A stretch of DNA of 64,000 bases. Source: Gordius albopunctatus (Eukaryota). The position numbers and the translations under genes were made by a program. The DNA lies in NCBI GenBank assembly GCA_964276515.1, contig OZ193910.1:4588001-4652000 (forward strand), read 5' to 3'. The number at the start of each line of letters is the position of its first letter. The stretch's first letter is position 1. Under the pieces are notes generated by a model that saw only the letters and a list, made by a program, of their open reading frames with translations, had not been told where the DNA came from and ran no database searches. Positions 28,001 through 38,945 of this stretch are shown piece by piece.

Positions 28001-31000
28001 CTTACCAAAGCCTAATAAATGTTTGATTTTAAGGATAAATTAAGAGATTTTAATGGTGGCTCACACCTTTAACTTATAAATCGATATTGATTTAAAATTA
28101 TAGATTTTTTTGATCGGGGACGAAGTATTGGGACCTTTGTCGAAAACCTTAGCTAAACCCCAGAATTTCTCGCAAATTAATGGGAAAGATAATGTTATAT
28201 GTTTGCACATAAGTTACCCAGTGGAACAGAATAAAATCGCCATCCCCGATAGGTACAGCGATATTAAGTGTCTCAAAAAATATATGAAACTTTTTATTAT
28301 TAGTCACAGTGATGTTAATAATGAATGGCTATTGTAAAAGTTGGTATTTTGCAGCGTCATTTCAATCAAAGATTCCGTCGTGTCAGCCATGTCCATTTAC
28401 CTTATCACGCAATGCTTCGGCGGTATAATAGCTGGTGAATGCCAATTTTTGAGCTCAGATTTTGTTACTTTCCTCGACGATGGACTTTTTCAAACTAACC
28501 CTCAAATAAGTGATTTAATTATTATGTATAAATATTTAAGAAAAATTTTGATTTTAACTTAGTCTTTACCATATTAAGTCTCTCTACATAAGACTTCCCC
28601 GTAAATATATGAAAAATAAAATCTGTCAAACACAAAATTTGGTTGACTTGCATTTATAGATATTTCTCACTTAAATATTTTTATTTCCCCTAAAAAATTG
28701 ACAATGTTCATAAGATCATTTAATGACGAACTCTTGCGCATTGTAATGGATTAACTTGATTTTACTTATTATACATCGTCCTATATTTTCGAAGATTTTT
28801 ACCCTCCTAAAATATTTATTAACTACTGTGACTTAAATTTTTCAATTTTCAATGCTCATTTCATATGAAAGGGGACTGGATCTTAGTTAACACATATTTA
28901 AGCGTACCTATGTAGGGGCAGGTGCCCCCAATCCAAATTTTATTAAATTTCCAACAAAACTTTTAAATTTTTAAAATTATCATCGCCTTTTTATTAAAAT
29001 TTATATCGTATACACACAGATTAATTTTAGGTGAGAAAGATTATTTATAAAATATATTTCTCTTGAAATTATATAAACTCCAAAAAAAACTTTTGAATAA
29101 CCATAAATTTCATTCATCTTAAAAGGGGGAATTTTATAATACAAGCTATTATTTTAGTATACAAATTATGTATAGATTGGTATTAAATGCTATGTAATCA
29201 TTATTGAATTGTATCGCGGCTATCACATTTTTTTGAATGTAGCAAATAAAGGCTACAGTTAATTTTCAAACTCTCTAAGCGAAATCTAAGCATAATATTA
29301 AATGATTTATAGCATCAAATGAGCAAGAATTTAAAAAACCGTGCACGGCTACATCCCGCCCTTCTCATAATCCAATCCTGGATCAACAAATTGCCTGCAA
29401 AATTATGGGCGTACTCTCCAAAATTTACCATTTTTCCAGCGCATTTGACCGTCGTCCAGGCATGAAACTTTTGTTTAAGCGATGTCTTAATTGGGACGAA
29501 GACTCCCTCCCCTGCTTATACGGGATAAATTTGGCTTCGTGTTTCTATTATGGAGTATTTCTCATGGATATAGTGTTGAAATATAAGTAAGACCTTTAAT
29601 TTTAGACTGTCCCATACACAATTCTAAAATTCTTACTTGTCGACATAGAGTGATTGGAGAAATAGGTAAATCAAAAAATGAAACACCTCCTAGCCATAAG
29701 AACTATCAGACGTTTTTAAAAAAACTTAGGGAACACTTTCGGTCATTGTTTGCTTTTTATTCGCAAATGGACTCCGCTGCATATAGGAATCCCGTAGATT
29801 AGTAATATTACAACACTTTTGCGATTTTATTTTAATTTATAACTATTGTCTTCGTCATAAAATATTTTTTCGTTATTTTTCTATAGTGAATCTGATTGTC
29901 ATCCCTTGGAAAACAGCGATAAAGTTATACTAGCCAAAAAATATGAAGAAAAGAAATCTTTCGTTAATCAGCATCCAACATTTGCCAGCGTTTTTAACAA
30001 TATAAACTCAAAAGCCCCTTCATTTATCACTAAACGAGCTTTTTTGAAACCTAGTGCATCTTTGGGTAGTAACGATCGACACCACATATGTCATAAATCC
30101 CTGCCCAGCACTCCTTCAAATGAACATGATTTTTCCGTTCATTGTCCTAAAACTACAGATTTTTCTAGAGAAAATACTCTAAGTGCAGACCACAAAACTT
30201 CTGCTGTATCTACCATCAAAAGGAATAGCCTGATCGACGGATGTATTTTATCGTTGGAAAAGGTGTAAATTTACATACAAATTTTTGTCGCTTGAAATTA
30301 TCATTAAAGGAACTGAAACTTAAAAAAAATTGATTTACTTAACCGATTGGCCTGTTTAAGACTCGATAGCACGTGTTTAAATTATTATTAGGGTATGCCG
30401 GTTTTTTAATCGAAAGATACATGAACCGGGCATTCTATAAGAAGGCTAATGAACGTTATCAACGACATGGCGGGCGACAAATAAAATTCTCTGGGTTAAG
30501 AGAGGGGGCCCAAATTAAACATGTTAAAATTACAATCAAATATCTCATATGATAGAAAAATGACAAAAATTAATGTGGAAAGGGGGAGGAGGTTGTTAAA
30601 GACTGTAGACATCTAATTGATCTTTATTCAAAAATTGTTAGATAAGCCAAATTTTGCAGCGATAATCTACGATAAAATTTCGTAAGGTACTTAAAAAAAT
30701 TATCTGCCGCTTTTGGAGTCATCATGACCTCACCTAAACAAACAAATACTAAGAACTATTTAAAATTAATAATAATTTATTAATTTAGTATTTTGATCAA
30801 TTTTTTAAGATTCCATTACAAGGTGGTTCAACCTACTATATAAATTTGTCTAAATTTATATTACTTCATTAGGATTCCAAAATTCACAAACAAATATGGA
30901 GCAACTTAGTTATCAAAAGTCTTCAACTGATTCTAGAAAAAATGACCGCAGTACAAGCAAAGACATTAATCAACATTATACATCCTGAAATTGAGAATTT

Positions 31001-31097
31001 CGAATTGCAATTAAATAAGAACCAAACACTGCTAAAAACAGATTCGCACTCTATGATCTGTCATTTTGTTCAGCAAATATTACAGAAATTAAACTAA
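7079..31097 (+). CDS. ARFGEF3: Brefeldin A-inhibited guanine nucleotide-exchange protein 3-like (BIG3), ~35 exons, ~2080 aa
   Basis: GT-AG exons 7079-7160, 10524-10572, 11766-11847, 13598-13732, 14749-14817, 15359-15473, 15651-15732, 15850-15954, 17137-17485, 17803-17894, 18033-18187, 18303-18377, 18697-18846, 18939-19130, 19347-19489 ... 22650-22980, 23118-23327, 23858-24139, 26779-27262, 27620-27884, 29313-29586, 29887-30262, 30873-31097. Motifs collinear with BIG3 as recalled: MERILK..., WKDVCPSLISLFG, VLGSLYQKAL, NADFLY, GRPMLHLIGLW..IKPHLV, FNFNESI, LKSGWKSL, FDRRPGMKLLFK, C-terminal QIWSNLVI. Some internal exon boundaries are approximate. Confidence 0.88.
8900..9801. mobile_element. Non-autonomous DNA transposon (pogo/Tc1-like MITE) in BIG3 intron 1
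   Basis: TIRs TAGGGGAGACCGGGG...CCCCGGTCTCCCCTA and internal GGGGCTAGT subrepeats. A related end fragment lies at ~14160-14362. Confidence 0.8.
10790..11125 (-). mobile_element. 5'-truncated RTE retrotransposon fragment (same family as 38946-41983)
   Basis: Encodes DVNRKVVDMEVSGKRGRGRPRVTWK, near-identical to the RTE C-terminus at 38959-39300, and has a GAA-rich 3' tail. Confidence 0.85.
11337..11490. mobile_element. MITE family with TAGTGTTGTAAAAA termini (other copies ~26480-26636 and ~51379-51850)
   Basis: TAGTGTTGTAAAAA...TTTTTACAACACCTA ends. The internal TAGTCGACTAAAACCAAAGGTCGAC motif is shared among the three loci. Confidence 0.65.
12187..12933. mobile_element. hAT-type MITE with a nested GC-rich MITE (~12291-12440)
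   Basis: TIR TAGAGAACTG...CAGTTCTCTA, perfect 8-bp TSD GTTAAAAC, subterminal CCCGA repeats. Confidence 0.85.
13914..14116. mobile_element. hAT-type MITE
   Basis: ~29-bp TIR TAGAGTTGTTAAATTGCTAACTTTCTTCA; perfect 8-bp TSD GCGCATAC (13906-13913 / 14117-14124). Confidence 0.9.
21529..21700. mobile_element. Abundant ~165-bp GC-ended MITE, CATGGGCGTAGCC...GGCTACGCCCATG (copies or fragments also near 12000-12133, 12291-12440, 35308-35440, 42340-42503, 47900-47963, 53180-53240, 53558-53713)
   Basis: Shared TIR and internal GGATTTAGAGGGGGCAGCCG motif. Imperfect 8-bp TSDs, e.g. AAATAAAT/AAATGAAT at 53558-53713. Confidence 0.75.
24872..25628. mobile_element. Non-autonomous hAT element of the GCCCTGCA-end family (related to 43761-44935)
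   Basis: GAAGCCCTGCAAA...TTGCGGGGCTATA ends. The GAGCCCGGCCCGAC subterminal repeats are shared with the transposase-bearing relic at 43.8 kb. Confidence 0.65.
26128..26454. mobile_element. Tc1/mariner-pogo type MITE
   Basis: TA|CAGTCGAAAC...GTTTTAACTG|TA with a TA TSD and repeated TTAATCGCG motifs. Confidence 0.7.
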
Positions 31098-32601
31098 TAT
31101 TACCTACCCTTTACGCCTCTAATGGATAAAATTTTATAATATTCATAGAATGTGTATGATAATTTTTTTAATTTTTATAATTATAAAATTGACTTATTGA
31201 TAATTGGAGCTCGAAGTTTGAGTTTCTCTGTTCATGCATGATATGATTGATTATTTCTTTATGAATTTCTTTATATGGCTTATGTGAAAGGGGTAAAAAA
31301 TTCTGACAAATATAGATCCTTTGTTCGGTTATTAAATTTTATTGAATAAATATATACTTCATCCGTTTAAATTTCGAAATTAAAATTTAAAGTGAATTAA
31401 AAAAAATATGTTATAATATCAAAATATTTAAAAAATTATATTATTTAAATTAATTTTAATAAACGATATTTTATAAAAATTAATCTAATAATTATGGTTT
31501 ATTGTGGCATTAAGTTTATGAGATAATTTAGCTTTATAAATAAATGCATGAAATTGGGCTATAAACAAATCAAACGACAAAATGGTTAGAAAAAGGATGT
31601 TTTGCCTCAAATTAGGGAACAAAATATCAATCAATTTTAAGTAAAGCTTTATTCGCTTTTATAAATTCTGAATCCTTTTTTATTAAATATTGCAAACCCA
31701 CCGTGTATTATACAGATCCTTATAAATAAAGATCGTACTCGTCTCAATTTTTAAATTATTGTTTATGTTTCTTGCTATCACATAAATGGCTAGAAAGCCT
31801 TACTCTTTATTTAAAATATTTTTAAGCAAGTTAAACTCCTAATTATGTCAAAAAACAGAATTCAAGTCGTTGAATTTTCATTAAACGTATATAAACTTCA
31901 AAATTGGGCATGTGACATGACATAAATTTATTTCAATGATCCTCATTTAAAATCAATGCTAATGACCTTAAGTTAATATAGAAAAGGGCAAAGTTCTTAA
32001 AGCATATGCTTCATTTTACAGTGTCCTCTGGGTTATTGCAAAATATATTTTTAAAAAATGTAAAAATAATTCTGCTTAAATTATTTAAAAATTAGAATCA
32101 TTTTTTATATATTATCATTTATTTGCGTCATAATATTCAGATCCCGTTTTAAGACTTAAAAATGCGTGACTACTAAATATTTATAAATGCGTTGAAGTGT
32201 CTAAAGTGCGTAGATTTACACATATAATTAATCGTTTTGTTTTTTGGTAGTTTTAAAAGTAAAATAAAGCTATTAATTATTAAAATGTTCTCTATTCCGA
32301 GTTATAAGCCTTAAATACATTTTACTATAAGAATCTTTTTCTGCATATATTTTTGCTTATGAGCGATTTTATTAATGTACACAAAAAGGTATAATATCTA
32401 CTAATATAATTAATTCACTTCTAAACCAAATGAATGGCATTGATCTTTGTATGGAAATTTTTGTTAGATTTACCAAAATCAGTATATTTTTTCCTCGACA
32501 AGATTTGAATTTATTTTTCCTTTTACCGAAACCAAAATATTTACAGATTTTATATAGACTCCGATATTTTTAAGACACTCATAAAATAGTCTTTGGATAA
32601 A

Positions 32602-33914
32602 ATGACCAATGACACAACATGTGTTACCATCAAAAGTATTCTTAAACAATTTGAATCGGACTACATCATGAGACTAAATCGCTTCTTATCTGTAATAGTC
32701 CTTTTGGTAGGGATGGCGGGCAACTGTTTAGCCCTAACTCTATTACATGAACAATACGTTAATTTAAAAGGCGTTTGTAAAAAGATGACCAGAACGAACA
32801 CCAATACATATATACTCAGGTGGTATCACATTCTTAGTCTTGTGTCATCGCTCACTCTCATTATAGTCCCTATCATGAAGGATTATGGCAATTTCGTAAA
32901 TATCAAAACTTGGCTTGGTAAACCTTGGATTACCTATCTGAGTTATATTCATTATCCACTCTCTAAAACCCTTAATTCATTTACCTATATGATATATGTA
33001 ATATATTTTCTCAACCAAACAATAGCTGTAATATACCCTTACAAGTAATAATGTCTATTAATTCACATTATCTTTCTTTTCAACAGAATTTGCTTTTAAA
33101 ATTCCATCAAACAATAATTGACCCTCTGTTAAATAGGTATCAAATATTGATGTCACTAAATAACGTCAGAAAATTATTACTCCTGACATTTGCCTACTGT
33201 TTGGTGTGGTACATACCCGTAACAAAGTGGTGGCATGCACGAAAAATTCATTTATGCCCAAACATAACAAACATAACAAATGATCTATACGAAATGAATG
33301 TTTGGATTCCTGAAAGCAGCTATATCCACGCTATTTGGTCAACTTATGAAGTGTTACGAGAGTTATGTGTCAACATATTACCCTTTGTATTAGTTTTCTT
33401 GTTAAAATATTCCGTGCATAAGAGTCGTGCCAAAATCGCACATTTGATGCACACTTCAACAATTGTTCCAGATATAGCATCAGTTAAAACAGTTAGCGCC
33501 ACCTGCACCAACTCGTCACTTAGAAAAGATTTGAATTGTTTTAATTCATTGAATGACATAAATTGTGTCGAAGAAAAGGTGTCAACTTATAGAATTCGGA
33601 GGGCAGAAGAACTTGTGTGTAAATCATTGCATAGATATAGGATTCAAAGGGACTTAGAATCCAAACAACATAGGAGAACATTAATTATGATGATTTCTGT
33701 GTTTTTGTTACTCATGCTACCAGTGTGCTTAACTGAAATTGGGTTGATATTTAGTTCACACCAATTCTCTTCAAAAACTTTAATCGGCCTCTACACATCT
33801 GTTAATATGTTACAATACATTTATTTAATTTTGCCGTTCTATTTAAATATCGCCTTTAACCCTTACTATCGCGCAAGTTTTATAAAGAAATTTAGGAGTC
33901 TAATGCGAACATGA
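32602..33914 (+). CDS. Rhodopsin-class orphan GPCR (FMRFamide/sex-peptide-receptor-like), join(32602..33044, 33137..33914)
   Basis: Seven hydrophobic segments: TM1 VGMAGNCLAL, post-TM3 IAVIYP, TM5 NILPFVLV, TM6 FLLLMLP, TM7 plus helix 8 PFYLNIAFNPYYRASF. A phase-2 GT-AG intron at 33045-33136 joins the two ORFs in frame (406 aa). Confidence 0.85.
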
Positions 33915-34778
33915 TAATTTGTATGAAACCTCGCTCCTATAAAACATGTATAAATATGTGAAGCCTTGTAATGTAGTCACACAAACAAATGTGTTTTATT
34001 TCAAGAATATCAATTCAATTTTATGTTTTTCGAAAACATATTAAAATAAAACATTCAATGTCTTTTGAATATAGGATATGCATGCGATTATTATCATATC
34101 ATTTTTAGCTCTATACAAACGGTTGTTAATTTATTTTCATATAACTCAAGAACCAGTATTTTATGCTCAAATTTAAACACTCTCACCATTACGAACAGAA
34201 AATTTTGATGTTGAGTTCAGTCCGTCTTCTATAAATCAAAATATTTAATGTCACCCCCCCCCCAAATTACGAAAATTAAATTCAATGCAAAAACTTTGGA
34301 AAATTAAAAATTTTTATGTTTTGCCCCCCTCTAATTGAACTTTTAAATGTTTCCCCCCCCCCCAATCCAAAACCTGGCTACGTCCATGTAGTCACCTAAA
34401 TAAACTACTGATATTCAAAAATCACCCAAAGAATTATTATAAGTGTAAGCCCTTTATAATGATTTTACATTTTAGTATATGTGATAAATAACAAAAATAA
34501 AAATTCGGGCCTTCGGCCATCGTGGGAAGGGGGAACGAAACTCATCTATACTCCGTATAAACGTAGCATATTTGCTATGCAATTTATGGGCGAGAAAGGT
34601 GGGAAGGGCGAGAATGCCTATAGGGTGGTATTAAATGCAAAATAATTGGACTGACGGACAATGGTAACCAATTTTAAAAAAACGAAAAAAAATTTTGAAT
34701 TACATTTTGGCCAATGGTCATTTTTTTCATTGGTCAGTAGCCTACGGACGGTCAAAAAGTCATATTATCAATGGTATT

Positions 34779-35055
34779 TGTAACGAAGTGGCCGGGGGAG
34801 ATAACGCTAAACTCAGATTCTAAACCAAGAGACTACATAAAGAAACAGAGAGACTCTTTTATTAGGTGGATAAGGCTTTTTATACACATAGCGAAGGACA
34901 TATATAAAAGTAGTAATCAAATAAGAGATGCTAAGTACGGTGTAAACTAAGGTATATTCAAATGGCTAAGCGTATATTCAATTATCTGTGACCGCGCTCA
35001 AGTATAGGAAAAACGCGTGTATTCAAATTGAAACCTTGAATGCGGCTACACTACA
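34779..35055 (-). mobile_element. Solo LTR (277 bp)
   Basis: TGTA...TACA ends and a perfect 5-bp TSD GTATT (34774-34778 / 35056-35060) interrupting the array motif ATGGTATTAACAAGAAC. TATAAAAAG and AATAAA are present on the - strand. Confidence 0.85.
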
Positions 35056-35694
35056 GTATTAACAAGAACAAAATAATGTAAAAAAATAAAAATCTTGCCC
35101 TGTCCGGGATTCTAACCCACATTAATAAAGGCATAGGCTTTTGTAGGAGCACAGGGACCCATATCAGTAGAGGCATAGGCCCTTGTAGGGGAGGGCCAGT
35201 TCCTATGTAATCAAAATTAAATGGAGTAATTTTAGAAAATAGCGAGTCCAGTTATTCTTCAATCAAATCCCAAATGGTGTTTAAAAAATTTGGATTATCT
35301 TAATTAGCATGTGCGTAGCCAGCAATAAAATTAGATGGGGGCAATAATGATTTAGGGAGAGGCAAAATGATCATTTTTTAAAATCTTAGCCATAATTTTA
35401 ATAAATTTCAACATATTCTTGGATTTAGAGGGGAGCAGCCGTATTATTTACATGTGATCGATCACAAATTATTTTTACTAAAACAAATTTAAAAAATTGG
35501 CTACTATATAATTATTACATAAAAATGCCTAAAACGTTTGCATTTAGTGTAAAACCTATTAGTTATAAAATTTAAATCTAAAATATTTGTATTATATATT
35601 ATATAAAATTGTTAGCATTATACTTATGCTATTAATAATAGTTATAAAAATATACTTACGTGAAATGATGTTAATGAATTATAATATATAAGTT

Positions 35695-35928
35695 TATAAT
35701 TTAGAAGATAATAACAACCCCTTTCAGGAGTGCCCGCAATTAAATTAAAAGAATACTCTAATTAGCACCATCTATAGCCAATTTTAAACTAAAAAAGATA
35801 GGGATATGATATACATAGTTCAAATTAGTCTCTAATTAAAATTGCCTATAGATGGCGCTAATTAGAGTATTCTTTTAATTTAATTGCGGGCACTCCTGAA
35901 AGGGGTTGTTATTATCTTCTAAATTATA
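35695..35928. repeat. Near-perfect palindrome / MITE with ~95-bp arms
   Basis: TATAATTTAGAAGATAATAACAACCCCTTTCAGGAGTGCCCGC... is mirrored by ...GCGGGCACTCCTGAAAGGGGTTGTTATTATCTTCTAAATTATA. It is absent from the duplicated segment at ~36810-36960. Confidence 0.85.
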
Positions 35929-37339
35929 TCATTAACCTGCAATTTATTTACTAATTTCTAATATAATATAAGTTTATATTATTTCAGGACGAAATTTGGA
36001 ATATTTAGAAAATGGATAATAAGATAGCAATTAATAAAAAGTTACAATGTTGGAGTTCCGTTCGCCCCCTTTGAATAATATCCTCAATATTTATTTATTT
36101 TTCCCAAGGATTGCAAATATATTCATAAAGGCGTTATAGTGGTTTTTTACAAAAATTAAGAATACCTTCCCCCCCCCCCCTTAGCTACGTCTATGTCATT
36201 AATTGGTTTTCTAATCCTTATAGATGCTAGCGATGGGATTGTAATGGAAAAATTGAAATTTATTAATCAATAATTCTAAAATAATCTATTATTGCATCAA
36301 TTAAGCAGAAAACCGCAGGGATTAATTTTAAAGGGGTAAACGCGTATAAGTTTAAAAAAAAGGCGTTTTATGGATATTAGGTAGAAAGCTTATGACACGG
36401 TCCCCCGCGATATGCGATGTTTTCTAACACATCTCTCTCTCCCTTTCTCCATCTCCTCCACTCCCGCCCCCTAATAACGCCAAGTTAGCGGTGGGCGGAT
36501 AAGGGGGGTAGGGTAATAAAATGTAGTTTAAACTTGGCATATAAAATTAACAGTAATAATGATAAATATGTAATAAATTTTATCAATATTTGTTAAACAA
36601 GTCTCCACCCCTCAATCGATTACGTGTCACATGGGTAAGAAAAATGAATTCATTGTTTTTATCTGATAGAGTGGGGATGGAAACAAAATTACTGTGCTAG
36701 GGAAAAGCGAACTTTAACAATTTAGTTGTAAGAGCCTTTACTTAAAAATAGTCATTTAAGCAGCCGGTGGCTCGTGATTATGAAATAAATATGAGAATAA
36801 GAGATTTATTATTTAAATGTGATCACAAAGTATTTTTACTAAAAAAAATTAAAAAAATTGACTACTATATAATTATTACATAATGTTAATGAATTATAAT
36901 ATATAAGTTTATATTATTGCAGGACGAAGTTTGGAATATTTAGAAAATTTTGATGCGCGATAATAATAAAAAGTTAATTGTATAGCGGGGTTAGAAAGCG
37001 TATGGATGGACAAAAAAGGGAAGATAAATTTTATTTTCCACGCTGACTTAATCGAAAAGTTCATAGATGGAAGAATTTAAATTATTTTTTTAAACTCCAA
37101 AAATCTCTAACAATCTTGGAGCTCCGTCCACCCCCTCGACAGTTATTAAATAATAGTGCTTGTTTCTTAATTTTGTTTACCCCACTTCTTAAGTTTTAAC
37201 AGACGATCTAAATTACAATGTTATACAAATTTGAAAAATTCAAATAGATATTCTTTTTGCTTAATTCCAATCATACATTTTCAAACAGAGCAAATACAAA
37301 ACGACGGAATATTTGTATGTATTTAGTTAGTAACACATC

Positions 37340-38945
37340 TAAAAATAGGATTTGCCCTCGACGGGATTCGAACCCACATTAATACAATTAAGAGGCATAG
37401 GTTTTTGTGGGGGGGGGCACAGGGATCCATATCAGTAGAGGCAAGGGCCCTTCTAGGGGAGGGCATAAGGTAATTATCGCTATCAACCTAATATACCAAT
37501 TAAAAAAACGAAAAAAAAAATTCGAATCACAATTTGGTCAATGGTCATTTTTTTTATTGGTCAGCACCAAGATACGGTCTATAAATACATACGAGTCAAA
37601 AAAAACGAAGAAAAAAGATTTCGATTCACATTTTGGCCAATGGTCATTTTTTTCGATTGGTCAGTACCAAGAGACTGTCTATAAATACATACGAGTCAAA
37701 AAAAACGAGAGAAAAAAATTTCGATTCACATTTTGGCCAATTGTCATTTTTTCCATTGGTCAGTAGCCAGCGGACGGTGAAAAAGTCATATTATCCATGG
37801 TATTAACAAGAACAAAATATTAATTTAATTTAAAATAATAAATAAAAATTTGCTCTCTCCGGGATTCGAACCCACATCAGTATAGGCACAAGCCTTTGTA
37901 GGGGCACAGGGACCCATATCCGTAGAGGCATATGCCTTTGTAGGGGAGGGCATAGGGTAATTAGCAATGTTAACCAATTCAAAAACGGAAAAAAAATTTC
38001 GAATCCTATTTTGGCCAATGGTCATTTTTTCATTGGTCAGTAGCCAGAACACGGTCAGAAAGTCATATTATCAATGATATTAACAAGAACAATATATTAA
38101 TTTAATTTTTAAAAAAATAGAAATTTTGCCCTCTCCAGGATTTGAACCCGCATCAGTAGAGGCATAAGCCTTTGTAGGGGCACAGGGCCCCGTATCAGTA
38201 TAGGCATAGGCCCTTGTAGTAGAGGCCATGGAGTCATTATCAATGTTAACCAATGCAAAAAGGAAAAAAAAATTCGAATCACAATTTGATTAATGGTCAT
38301 TTTTTTCATTGGTCAGTAGCCAGCGGACGGTGAAAAAGTCATATTATCCATGGTATTAACAAGAACAAAATATTAATTTAATTTAAAAAAATAAATAAAA
38401 ATTTGCTCTCTCCGGGATTCGAACCCACATCAGTATAGGCACAAGCCTTTGTAGGGGCACAGGGACCCATATCCGTAGAGGCATATGCCTTTGTAGGGGA
38501 GGGCATAGGGTAATTAGCAATGTTAACAAATTCAAAAACGAAAAAAAATTTCGAATCCTATTTTGGCCAATGGTCATTTTTTTATTGGTCAGTAGCCAGA
38601 ACACGGTCAGAAAGTCATATTATCAATGATATTAACAAGAACAATATATTAATTTAATTTAAAAAATAATAAAAATTTTGCCTCTCCGGGATTCGAACCT
38701 GCAATTCAGAACGTTCGAGGGATTTAATAGAGACATAGGCTTTTGTAGGGGCACAGGGACCCATATCAGTAGAGGCATAGGCCTTTGTAGGGGAGGGCAT
38801 AGGGTAATTAGCAATGTTAACCAATTCAAAAACGGAAAAAAAATTTCGATTTATTTGGCCAATGGTCATTTTTTCATTGGTCAGCAGCCAGCGGACGGTC
38901 AAAAAGTCATATTATCAATGGTATTAACAAGAACAAAATATAAAT
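37340..38945 (-). repeat. tRNA-derived ~276-bp tandem array with alternating A/B units (~552-bp higher-order period)
   Basis: B-box GGGTTCGAATCCC on the - strand (+ GGGATTCGAACC) at ~37363, 37861, 38414 and 38688, with a variant at 38137. ~43-bp subrepeats occur within units. Further units at ~35100, ~42010, ~46450 and ~47440. Confidence 0.85.

Noticed and set aside
37340..38945. CRISPR-like or hammerhead-containing array; short ORFs in the array
   Set aside because: The units are whole-length repeats without unique spacers, and there are no cas genes. CTGATGT/CTGATAT does not match the hammerhead CUGANGA core. The ORFs are by-products of the repeat.
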